Virus record (IMG/VR): IMGVR_UViG_3300005563_000033
Span: 13,353 to 77,352 of that record
DNA from: a virus
DNA: 64,000 nucleotides
Direction: 5' to 3' (one strand)
The notes beneath the pieces are model-generated. The model did no database searches. It worked only from the letters and a program-made list of their open reading frames with translations, and had not been told where the DNA came from. Shown one piece after another: positions 28,542 to 37,795 of the stretch (its first letter is position 1; each line of letters opens with the position of its first letter). Made by a program: the position numbers and the translations under genes.

Positions 28542-29228
28542 ATGGACGCTGATACGCCGTATAGAATTCTGCAAATAATTTGCAACAAGTTTCAGGCGGG
28601 AAATATTACGGCCCAGCAGTACATGGACGCTATTAATCAGGCCCAGCGAGACTTTCTTGCTTTCTTGCTGGGCCAATTCGTATCCTATCAATATGGCAAA
28701 CCTCTATCTAGGGTGCAATTTGGTATGAATGAAATAGTGCGCCAAAGGGTTACTCCTTTTATAAGCAAGCCAGCACCATTAGTAATCGACACCAACGGTA
28801 ATGCACCTTATCCAGTTGGCATGCAGCAAGTAGATGCCATGTACACAACATCTATGGATAGGATTAGATACGTACCGCAGCATAAACTATTTTCATATTT
28901 AAAGAGCAAGATAGACCCAATTGCAACTAATCCAATATTCTTAATAGAAGACACTCAGTTTCAATTTTATCCGAATACAACTTTTAATGGAGTTGCATTG
29001 AGTTCTGCTAAGATTAGCTATGTAAATACGCCTCCTGATGTAGTTTGGGCTTCAATACCTGATGGGCAAGGAAGACCCGTTTACAATCCGGGAGCAAGCC
29101 AAGGACCATTGTTTTATGATGTAGATGTAATGGAATTGATTTCAAGGGCATTAGCTATGTTTGGAGTAAATCTTCAAGCGAATGAGGTAAGTCAATATGC
29201 ACAGATGGCTAAAACACAAGGAGCGTAA
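28542..29228 (+). CDS. head-tail connector (ring) protein
   Basis: NK.Q.G.IT...Y...INQAQ.D N-terminal helix pattern, ~230 aa. Confidence 0.65.
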   Translation: MDADTPYRILQIICNKFQAGNITAQQYMDAINQAQRDFLAFLLGQFVSYQYGKPLSRVQFGMNEIVRQRVTPFISKPAPLVIDTNGNAPYPVGMQQVDAMYTTSMDRIRYVPQHKLFSYLKSKIDPIATNPIFLIEDTQFQFYPNTTFNGVALSSAKISYVNTPPDVVWASIPDGQGRPVYNPGASQGPLFYDVDVMELISRALAMFGVNLQANEVSQYAQMAKTQGA

Positions 29229-29855
29229 ATGGATAGATACACTTTTTGCGAAAGGGCATTACGTCAAATATACGGAGAACAGCCTACGGATGATTCAAAT
29301 ATCACCGTAAATCTAGTCAATTCGTGGATTGGTGATGCCACCGCCTTCGCCGCAAAAAAGAACTGGACGGATAATATACAAATTGATCAGTTGGCGTATG
29401 TGAATAACGGGTTCTACACCACCTTCAAAAATATACCTGTTGTAGATGAAGGTGAACTTTTTTTATACAAAATAACCTTGCCTGAAATACCAGTAGGAAT
29501 TGGGAGAAATGAAGGCGTTTCTACTTTACAATTCGTAGATTCTAGTGGGAATGTGTCAGACCCAGCTATCCCGTTGAGCCAAAATCAAGTTGGATATTAT
29601 AGGGGGCAGCGCCAAATACCTAATAAAATATCCTATTACCCGGAAGGAACATTTTTATACGCCATTTCTCCCTTGATTTTAAGTGACTATACAGCCAAGG
29701 TAAAAATGGTTAGCGCAGGCGATAGTACGGATTTGAATAGTACTTTAAATGTTCCACAGGATTATTTTCAGCCAATGGTTGAGTATATAAAAATGCAGTT
29801 ATCCTTTGAAAGGGCTCAAGTTAAAGATTTGCAGAACGATGGCCAAGATTCATAA
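29229..29855 (+). CDS. tail ring/adaptor protein
   Basis: size, position, C-terminal LNVP.DY...MVEY..QL....DLQNDG. Confidence 0.6.
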   Translation: MDRYTFCERALRQIYGEQPTDDSNITVNLVNSWIGDATAFAAKKNWTDNIQIDQLAYVNNGFYTTFKNIPVVDEGELFLYKITLPEIPVGIGRNEGVSTLQFVDSSGNVSDPAIPLSQNQVGYYRGQRQIPNKISYYPEGTFLYAISPLILSDYTAKVKMVSAGDSTDLNSTLNVPQDYFQPMVEYIKMQLSFERAQVKDLQNDGQDS

Positions 29856-30070
29856 TGCCGATCTATTCAAACATATCAGGAGCATCGAATATATCAGCTT
29901 ACAATATAGGCCCAGATTTTATAGATGTCATGTTTAATAGTGGTCAGGTTTACAGATATTCCTATGATAGTGCCGGGGAGGATAATGTGGAAGAAATGAA
30001 AAGATTGGCTGAAAGCGGCAGCGGATTAAACAGCTATATTTTAGCATACGTAAAAGAAGATTATGAGTAA
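29855..30070 (+). CDS. KTSC-like domain protein
   Basis: SNISAY.IG.D.IDV.F.SG.VY.YSY.SAG...VE.MK.LA..G.GLNSYI. Confidence 0.65.
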   Translation: MPIYSNISGASNISAYNIGPDFIDVMFNSGQVYRYSYDSAGEDNVEEMKRLAESGSGLNSYILAYVKEDYE

Positions 30071-30338
30071 TATACGACCGATAAAAACACAAGTTTTGGT
30101 AAAACCATGTGCATCAGATACTATTTCTGAGGGAGGCATAATTGTTCCAAATAGCTTTTTGGAAGAGAGTAACAAGGTGGAAGTTATTGCTACCGGGAAT
30201 GGGACAAAGAAAAAACCTATGCGATACTCAAAAGGACAAATAGCTTTTCGGGTAAAAGGGCACGGCGAACCGATTGAGGAAAATGGAGAAAGATATTACT
30301 TAATGGATCAAGACGCGCTTTTGGCAACTTTAAATTAA
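30063..30338 (+). CDS. groES: GroES-like co-chaperonin
   Basis: IRPI..QVLVKP, SEGGIIVP mobile loop, EVIATGNG, IE.NGERY.LM...ALLA. Confidence 0.8.
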   Translation: MSNIRPIKTQVLVKPCASDTISEGGIIVPNSFLEESNKVEVIATGNGTKKKPMRYSKGQIAFRVKGHGEPIEENGERYYLMDQDALLATLN

Positions 30339-30343
30339 AAAAA

Positions 30344-31114
30344 GTGGCACAGCAGAAACAAGGAATGATAACAGTGGATGAGGTAGTTAACAACTACTTA
30401 GATCGATCTGAGCAAGGTATCCATAAGTATTGGAAAATCTGGCATATAGCCTTTGATGGATTGTATGAAATGGGCCTTGATTTCTTTTTTAGGGTTAAAT
30501 CTGTCAAACTTCCTGTAAATGCCAACTTGACCGTAAATATGCCGGATGATTGCTTGATTTATTCCAAGGTGGGCGTTTTGAATTCTCGTGGTGAAGTTAT
30601 TCCGCTTTCATATAATAACAAACTTACTGCTTTTGCTGATTTGAGTTCTGATCGATTAGCCAAGACGCAGGATAATACCATTGTAGACCTATTGCTATTT
30701 AATACTCCAATTTGGTATAACTATTGGAATGGCGACTGTTATACAGCTCTATATGGACTACCAAGCGGTGCGCCATTTGTGGGGTCATTCAAAATAGACT
30801 TAGCAAACGGAATTATTCTACTGGGGGAACATTTTGGTTATGACTACATTTTACTTGAATATGTAGCGAGTCCAGAAGAGGGAGGCACATATTACTTGCC
30901 CGTTCAGTTTAAAACAGCCCTCATGTGGTATCTTGCTTGGCAGGATATTGCCATGATGCCAAATACTAGACGCGGAACCTTGGGAGACAAAGCGGACAGA
31001 AAAAGGAATTATTTTAATGAACTCAGAAAAGCAAATGCAAGGTTCAAGCCGATTTATCTTAGCGACGCATATGAATGGAGTATGGAAAATCAAAGACTTG
31101 TAGTTAAAATGTAA
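30344..31114 (+). CDS. tail ring protein
   Basis: V.MPDD.L.Y.KV, ILLEY, RK.Y.NE.R.A..R pattern; directly before the muzzle gene. Confidence 0.6.
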   Translation: MAQQKQGMITVDEVVNNYLDRSEQGIHKYWKIWHIAFDGLYEMGLDFFFRVKSVKLPVNANLTVNMPDDCLIYSKVGVLNSRGEVIPLSYNNKLTAFADLSSDRLAKTQDNTIVDLLLFNTPIWYNYWNGDCYTALYGLPSGAPFVGSFKIDLANGIILLGEHFGYDYILLEYVASPEEGGTYYLPVQFKTALMWYLAWQDIAMMPNTRRGTLGDKADRKRNYFNELRKANARFKPIYLSDAYEWSMENQRLVVKM

Positions 31115-31117
31115 TAA

Positions 31118-34100
31118 ATGGCTATTGCTCTACATAGATTTGCGGGTGCCATGGATTTGGATAGTCCGGATACAGTCAAACAAAAAGGACTGCATGGCCC
31201 AGCCCGTAATGGCATCTTTCGCGGAGTGCCTGGAAATTATCGGTGGGAGTCTAATGTAGGAAATACTTTACGGGCTAATCCCCTTTTGCCAAATACCGGA
31301 ACGAATAAAAATATAGGCAGGCATTATGACCCGGTTAATCACCGGCTTTTTTCCTTTAACTGGAATAGTACAGGATTTCACGGGATTTACATATATGATA
31401 CGCTCCTATCCACATGGTCTAGGCTGATTCAAACAGGCATTAATACCATTGGAGACCCATTGGCCTTTACAGCTACGGTAAGAGTTCATAGTATTGACAT
31501 TTTATACGGAGATGGGACAGCCGGAGACTTATTATTTTTTGTAGACAGCCAGAAAAGGCCGCGTAAGCTGAATATTCAACGGCTTTTAAATGGTGGGTAT
31601 GTAAATGTAAGGGATAGTTTTCTAAAAGTTATCAAAGCTCCGCCAATACCGCCTCCTAATTGCGTATACGAAAATGACACTACTGTAACAGCTAATAACG
31701 TTATAAACTCATTATTTAATTTCTGCTGTACGCATTTGTATGATGATGCGGAAGAGTCCGTTTTAGGAAGTGCGTGTATTCAGCCATTGCCACCCGATCC
31801 ATTTGACCCTACGAATAATACACCCGCTTCAAGATGCGCCCGCATAGCTATTTACCTGCCAACGGGAGACGCCAATGTAAAAAAGATACGAGTATACGGC
31901 AAGCAAACAAAAGACGGAAACACAACCGATTGGTTTATTATTGATACGCTTATAAAGGCTGATTTGGGAATAGCTGATAATACAGTCTACAGGTATCTAT
32001 TTTTTAATAACGGTAATTATATTCCAGCGGACATTGGTTTTGCTGTTTTGGATCAGGATTATGTTCCCCAAGCAGCCAATACACAATCTCTTATAAACGG
32101 CAGTGTCATTTCCTACGGAGGTATCACAGAGGGGTATAATTTTTTCAATCCGTCCTTTGGGATTACTACTTCTAATGTCAATAGTCCCCAATTCATTGCC
32201 AATGGAACACTATTCTTTGCGGCTTTTAATGGGCAATTTACGGGCAATCAACCGCAATTAACCGTATATTTAACAGGCGTCGGGACTAATGATGGGTTTG
32301 GCAATCCCCAAACATTGGAGAAATCCCCGCTTAACCTTATTGTATCGGCAACTTCCCGATTGGTTTCTATCGTAACAATTATCGACTTTAATTACGTAAA
32401 TTCTACGAACTCCAACAATATACCATTCTTGTTAACCGCACTACAGGCATCGGCGGTAACAGCAGGATGGGTAGTGGTATCTTCAACAGCTAATAGTTTT
32501 ACTGTATATTACCCAACGGGTGTAATTTCTTTAAAATCTTCCCATACAGTAGGGTTTACCAACACATCTCCTTATTCATCTGCGGTTAGCTGTCATTTAC
32601 CCGAATGCGCATACTCTTATGGTGTATTATATAGGGATGCAGATGGTCGTACGAACGGGGTTATTAGCAATGTAACCGGGAATATAAAAACACAAACCAG
32701 AGGGCCAGCCGGCCAGATACCGCAAATACAAATTGGATTAGCCGGTTTTACACCCCCGCTTTGGGCAGCTTATTACGAGATTGTACGAACGGATAATTTG
32801 ACGTACAATAAAAGATTAGAGTGGATAAGCGACTCTGCATATAGCGATATAGCCCAAGTAAGTAATATCAAATATGCATACTTTGGCATCAGTAATATAC
32901 AGTACTACAATGACAGTATAAAAGCTACTGAAGGGGTCGTAAGTTATGGATTTACGCCGGGAGATCGGATTAAGATTACGGGAAGGTATGATGTAAACGG
33001 TAACTTTTTTTCATTGGCATTTGATTATGCTATTTTGGGCGTTACCGTTGATCCGGTGATTAATGGTCAAGTACAACTGGGAACTTTCATTCAAATATCC
33101 TACCCAACGAATGACATAAGCCCTTCTTTTAAATTTGACGGTACGCAAGACTTTTTACAATATCAAGTGCTTATCTACTCGTACAAAGCCTTTGCCGCCA
33201 CCAATCAAAACGTATATTTTCAAGTAGGCCATCAGTATGGTATAGGCAATCCAGGTACCCTAACTGCCTTCCATTATGGCAATACGGCAGATAATCAAGT
33301 AACGCTGACAGACGGGGATGTTTTTTACCGAACGCGGACCGTACCTATTATAAACACCTTCTACATGCCAATGGGTTCCTATGAACAAGGGGACCAATAC
33401 ATGACCATTTGGACCTATGCGGGCGGCATTAATCCTTTATCTGATAACGCTATTTGGAATGTAGGGGGTGACATACAAAGACCAGCTAGTTTAGACGCGG
33501 CTGCGTTCCCGACTTCTGCCAGTGCCGGATGGGTAGTCCAAAACAAGTCAGCCAACCAGTTTAGCGTACGATTAAGAGGGTCGATTACGGCCATTGAAAA
33601 AACGGACCCTAACGGAGCATTTGCGCTGTATGTGAAAGTTGTTCTGCCAGGACAGGCATTTATCTACAATGTAGTTCCTCAAAAACCAGGATTGAAAGTA
33701 GGCGACACGAATTTGTACGAATACGACATAACCATTCCCGTGCCCGCCGGGGGAAAATTGTGGATTGTAGATTATGTGTTGCTGGATATGCTCATAGGCG
33801 GAAGTCCCTTAAGGATAGATATTATCCGGTACATTACACAGAACGTATTTGACTACTCCTTTAGTGATATTTATAAGCTGGTAACCAACTCAGATAATAA
33901 ACCCAACATCATAGATGCAACGGCGTTAAGTACGTATTACAGTACCTTGTTTCGGTTCAGCCAACCAGATCAATTAGGAACTAATATAAATAATTCCAAT
34001 CGTTTTTACTTTAATAACTTTGATGAATTTGATAAATCTTTTGGAGATATTATTAGGATGCGTGTCCGACAAAGGGAGCTTAGGGTTTTTCAATATAGGA

Positions 34101-35095
34101 GGTGTGGCCAAGTAGGAATTTATCAAAAATTCATCAAGGGTAACACGGGATCAAACCAGTTGATAACAACCGATACAATTATTACGCCCAATAACATTCA
34201 TTATTTTGAGGGAGAGTTTGGTATAGGCAACCAGCCGGATAGCTTGTGTAGTTCTGGTTATCAGGACTATTTTGCTGATCCAGTAAAAGGATATTGGTGC
34301 AGACTTTCTTTAAACGGCATAGAACCTATCAGCGAATTGTATAAGGTACAAACATTAGCAGGTAATAGGCTTCCTATCTATCTCAATAATTATAACAATG
34401 TAAGGGGCGGCTACGCTGTTATTTTGGGAGCCTTTAATTTTTGCAAAGACAGGGATGGAGAAGTGATATTTTCTATGCAATCAGGCACAACAAGTGCCGT
34501 ATCTTTTGCCGGACCTAGCAGTACAACCATAACACAAGGCGCTATTTTTGGTATATCTCCAAGTACAATACCAGGAGAATCTATTCAATTTAACGAGTCT
34601 AAAAATGGATGGACTTCTTTTATGGACGTGGACCCGGATAGTATAGTGTGCTGTGAAAACCTGCTTATGAGTTCAGTAAATGGAGAATGGTATACCCATG
34701 ATAATACGTCTGCATATGCCAATTATTTTGGTACTCAGTTCCCATGTAGTATAACTATTCAGATTAACGATAATTTGGTAGAAAAGAAAACTTTTCTTAG
34801 CCTCACAGAAGTGGCGAATCAAATATGGGAATGCCCGTCTATTACAACTAATCTGATGAGCTACGGAACTACTCCGCAGCAAAGTAATTTGGTGGCGGAA
34901 GATTTTGCGGCCTTGGAAAGTACGTTTAATTCTAGTTTTTGGAGAGATGCCAACTCGATTGGTGGCCAATTTAACGGTAATGCTTTGAAGGGGAACTTAA
35001 TTGTTATACAATTCCAAGTGACCAATCCGGCCAATTTCGTAAATTTAACTGACATTTCGGTGCATTACATTGAGTCACGAAGAAACAATAGATAA
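31118..35095 (+). CDS. tail muzzle/stabilisation protein (P22 gp10-like)
   Basis: 1325 aa, F.G.MD.D start, beta-propeller-like, GEFGIG.QP.S, FNE.KNGWTSF, LKGN near C-terminus. Confidence 0.75.
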   Translation: MAIALHRFAGAMDLDSPDTVKQKGLHGPARNGIFRGVPGNYRWESNVGNTLRANPLLPNTGTNKNIGRHYDPVNHRLFSFNWNSTGFHGIYIYDTLLSTWSRLIQTGINTIGDPLAFTATVRVHSIDILYGDGTAGDLLFFVDSQKRPRKLNIQRLLNGGYVNVRDSFLKVIKAPPIPPPNCVYENDTTVTANNVINSLFNFCCTHLYDDAEESVLGSACIQPLPPDPFDPTNNTPASRCARIAIYLPTGDANVKKIRVYGKQTKDGNTTDWFIIDTLIKADLGIADNTVYRYLFFNNGNYIPADIGFAVLDQDYVPQAANTQSLINGSVISYGGITEGYNFFNPSFGITTSNVNSPQFIANGTLFFAAFNGQFTGNQPQLTVYLTGVGTNDGFGNPQTLEKSPLNLIVSATSRLVSIVTIIDFNYVNSTNSNNIPFLLTALQASAVTAGWVVVSSTANSFTVYYPTGVISLKSSHTVGFTNTSPYSSAVSCHLPECAYSYGVLYRDADGRTNGVISNVTGNIKTQTRGPAGQIPQIQIGLAGFTPPLWAAYYEIVRTDNLTYNKRLEWISDSAYSDIAQVSNIKYAYFGISNIQYYNDSIKATEGVVSYGFTPGDRIKITGRYDVNGNFFSLAFDYAILGVTVDPVINGQVQLGTFIQISYPTNDISPSFKFDGTQDFLQYQVLIYSYKAFAATNQNVYFQVGHQYGIGNPGTLTAFHYGNTADNQVTLTDGDVFYRTRTVPIINTFYMPMGSYEQGDQYMTIWTYAGGINPLSDNAIWNVGGDIQRPASLDAAAFPTSASAGWVVQNKSANQFSVRLRGSITAIEKTDPNGAFALYVKVVLPGQAFIYNVVPQKPGLKVGDTNLYEYDITIPVPAGGKLWIVDYVLLDMLIGGSPLRIDIIRYITQNVFDYSFSDIYKLVTNSDNKPNIIDATALSTYYSTLFRFSQPDQLGTNINNSNRFYFNNFDEFDKSFGDIIRMRVRQRELRVFQYRRCGQVGIYQKFIKGNTGSNQLITTDTIITPNNIHYFEGEFGIGNQPDSLCSSGYQDYFADPVKGYWCRLSLNGIEPISELYKVQTLAGNRLPIYLNNYNNVRGGYAVILGAFNFCKDRDGEVIFSMQSGTTSAVSFAGPSSTTITQGAIFGISPSTIPGESIQFNESKNGWTSFMDVDPDSIVCCENLLMSSVNGEWYTHDNTSAYANYFGTQFPCSITIQINDNLVEKKTFLSLTEVANQIWECPSITTNLMSYGTTPQQSNLVAEDFAALESTFNSSFWRDANSIGGQFNGNALKGNLIVIQFQVTNPANFVNLTDISVHYIESRRNNR

Positions 35096-35319
35096 TGGGA
35101 GAATTGACGCGAAAAATAGAAAACTGGGAGCATTATTGGAATGTTTGCAAGACCAGACCGGATTTGAAGGAATTTAAAGACTTGCTGCACGTGAATGCCA
35201 ATATGCCCCATATGAAAATTGGAGAAAACTTAATCAGTACCAAGGACGGAAACAAAACATTTAATCAACTGGTAAAAGAATTAGCGCCTAAAAATGATAG
35301 CGAAGCCAATAACATATAA
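35095..35319 (+). CDS. hypothetical protein
   Basis: 74 aa, coupled. Confidence 0.5.
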   Translation: MGELTRKIENWEHYWNVCKTRPDLKEFKDLLHVNANMPHMKIGENLISTKDGNKTFNQLVKELAPKNDSEANNI

Positions 35320-35722
35320 GGAATTCGAAATGGCCATTAAAACGGTCTTTGAGGGCGATAAAGATGCCGTTGCCTTATATGACCCAAAGGCAACTATTGA
35401 AAGCGTTGACGACATTATAAGAGATGTAGTATTAAAGGTCCGTACATATGAAAATGCCATTTACAAGGGGATTTTTGAAAAAGGTAAATTGATCGGCTAT
35501 TATGTCTATGAAGACAATTCCCTTGTGAGTTTCGGCCTTAATCCACAATACAGGATAAGGAATTATTTAAGAGAATTTTTCGGCATCATTAAAAAGGAAT
35601 TATCTAAGCCATTTTTTTGTGTGTTACACAGCAGGAATTTGAGGGGAGTTAAATGGCTAAGAAAAATGGGCATGGAAATAAATGACTCAAACCCTTTACA
35701 AACACAATTAATATATAAATAA
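35294..35722 (+). CDS. GNAT-like acetyltransferase preceding ejection proteins
   Basis: LIGY....LVSFGLNPQYR...N.RG.KWLRKMG. Confidence 0.6.
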   Translation: MIAKPITYKEFEMAIKTVFEGDKDAVALYDPKATIESVDDIIRDVVLKVRTYENAIYKGIFEKGKLIGYYVYEDNSLVSFGLNPQYRIRNYLREFFGIIKKELSKPFFCVLHSRNLRGVKWLRKMGMEINDSNPLQTQLIYK

Positions 35723-35723
35723 A

Positions 35724-36392
35724 ATGCCCGTATCGGCCATCAGCAGTATGTTTTCCAAAACCCTTCAGACGGGAGCCGGGGTATTGCAAACCGGCTTCGG
35801 GTTGTTTGGAATGCACAAGAACCAAAAGGCGTTGGATGCGCTGTCCAATCCCATGTACACCCCGAGTAGGGCCATTGCAGACTATTACAGTGCGGCAAAA
35901 AGTAGGTATGATGCAGGGCCGTATAATTCTAACTATTACCAGCAAGCTGAAAAAAATACTGGACGCGGCTTAGCTACGGGGATTAATGCGCTAGTCGATA
36001 GACGCTCCTCTGGTAATGTGGCCGGATTGGTACAAGGAGCCGAAGATCAATTACAAAAAGCAGGTGTACAGGCAGAGGCCATGCAAAGCAGAAATTTAGC
36101 CCAATTAGGACAAGCAGCAGGCGCTAAGGCGGGCGATGAACGGTACGCATTTGGTGTCAACCAAGAGGCTCCTTTTGAACGTAAATATGGGGAGTTAAGC
36201 CAGCGGTTACAAAATTCAAGAGCCTTGTTTAATTCCGGAGTTAGTAATTTGTTTGGCGGGTTAACGGGCGGCGGCGGTCAGGGTCTTGGGGGTATAATGA
36301 ATCTACCGGGTGCTTTAAGAGGAACCAGCGGGCTATCGGGGGCAACGAATCCATACACACCTTCTTATTCAAATAGTCAATTCAACGATTAA
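35724..36392 (+). CDS. internal virion (ejection) protein
   Basis: Gly/Ala/Gln-rich with hydrophobic ends; position after muzzle and GNAT genes. Confidence 0.65.
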   Translation: MPVSAISSMFSKTLQTGAGVLQTGFGLFGMHKNQKALDALSNPMYTPSRAIADYYSAAKSRYDAGPYNSNYYQQAEKNTGRGLATGINALVDRRSSGNVAGLVQGAEDQLQKAGVQAEAMQSRNLAQLGQAAGAKAGDERYAFGVNQEAPFERKYGELSQRLQNSRALFNSGVSNLFGGLTGGGGQGLGGIMNLPGALRGTSGLSGATNPYTPSYSNSQFND

Positions 36393-37795
36393 TGGCCAAA
36401 CGTTTTCATATACCTACTGTTGGTAATGTGGCTGCCGGAGCCGTGGTGTTTAATCCGCACTATGACAACATGGCCCGTCAAATGCAGATGCACCAACTGG
36501 CCAAAGATCAGGCATTGGGTCAATACTACAGCAAGCTGGAAAATAGCATCAATCCGGCAGGCGTTAGGCAACAGGATATGGACGGATGGCAGAAAAAACT
36601 ACAGGATTGGCAAGCGTTTGCTATCGAAAATAGACAAGCTCTTATTAATCCCAACCTAGACAGAGGGCAGGCCATGCGTAGGTTCGGAGCCATGCACCAA
36701 GACCTTTTGGGAGATATTCAAAAATCAAAGGCGGCCGCTGCTACAGAAAGGGCCGTTCAGCCGCTTTTTCTTGACCCGAAAAGAAGGGCTTTAACTACCA
36801 ATAAAGACCTAGAATACGGACACCGGCTAAGTGCTTCTATTTATGATCCACAGCATTACAAAGACGATGGAGTCACACCCATAGCACCGGAAGATTTTTC
36901 TTTTAACGCGGCCCCTTATGATGTAAACAAACAGAGAACTACCAATATTGAATTAACGAGGGGATTGAAGCAAGAAAAAACATATGGTAAGGGGAAGGTA
37001 AATGAAGCAGAACTAAAAGATTATGTGCCTTTTACGTTAAAGCATTCGCCCCAAAACCTACGGGTTATTGGTGATCGGATGGCATCTTTGTATGGGAGTG
37101 GGGATCATGGAGACAAGTCCATCCAACAGTATTATGACAACTTCCCTGTAGACGCCGCCGCTCATGAGCAATTGGATAAAGCCTATCGTTCGGTCTATCC
37201 AGAAGATAAAGACGGCATTGGAACGGACCCCAAAAAATTGGCTATGGCCCATGCTATCCAATTAAACTCCCAAGAAACACAAGGGACAGAGATAAAAGGC
37301 TGGTCTCGACCACCACAAGGCCGTCAATTGAGTCAAACCAAGCAAGCACAACAGGATATGGCTAACTGGATAAATGGATTCTCAACAGCCATAAAGAACG
37401 GGGATGAGGGAGAAATGAACCGGTACGGGGACCTTTTATATGGCGGGAAAGGGCAGAGCAAGTATCAAGGATTAGAGAAAGGGCCGGTTGAAACTGGTAA
37501 TCCACCCGGGCTACACCTAATAGAAAATATTAAGCCAGGGGTTAGTATTATCCATCAGGATCAGGTTTTCAACCCCACTAAGGGTATTTATGAACCGCAG
37601 ACCTTACGAGAACAATTAGACCCGAACGACCCGGCACTGGCAGATAAACTAGGGAGAATTTATCAAATGCATATGGGAAGTTCTTCCCCGATGAAGAATG
37701 TTCTTTTGAAAAGCGCCGTCAATCAACCGCCGCCCCCTAGCACGAAACCCGCTCCCGTAACACCCGAAAAAGACCCATTAGGACTATTTAAATAA
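36392..37795 (+). CDS. internal virion (ejection) protein
   Basis: 467 aa helical protein in the ejection block. Confidence 0.55.
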   Translation: MAKRFHIPTVGNVAAGAVVFNPHYDNMARQMQMHQLAKDQALGQYYSKLENSINPAGVRQQDMDGWQKKLQDWQAFAIENRQALINPNLDRGQAMRRFGAMHQDLLGDIQKSKAAAATERAVQPLFLDPKRRALTTNKDLEYGHRLSASIYDPQHYKDDGVTPIAPEDFSFNAAPYDVNKQRTTNIELTRGLKQEKTYGKGKVNEAELKDYVPFTLKHSPQNLRVIGDRMASLYGSGDHGDKSIQQYYDNFPVDAAAHEQLDKAYRSVYPEDKDGIGTDPKKLAMAHAIQLNSQETQGTEIKGWSRPPQGRQLSQTKQAQQDMANWINGFSTAIKNGDEGEMNRYGDLLYGGKGQSKYQGLEKGPVETGNPPGLHLIENIKPGVSIIHQDQVFNPTKGIYEPQTLREQLDPNDPALADKLGRIYQMHMGSSSPMKNVLLKSAVNQPPPPSTKPAPVTPEKDPLGLFK

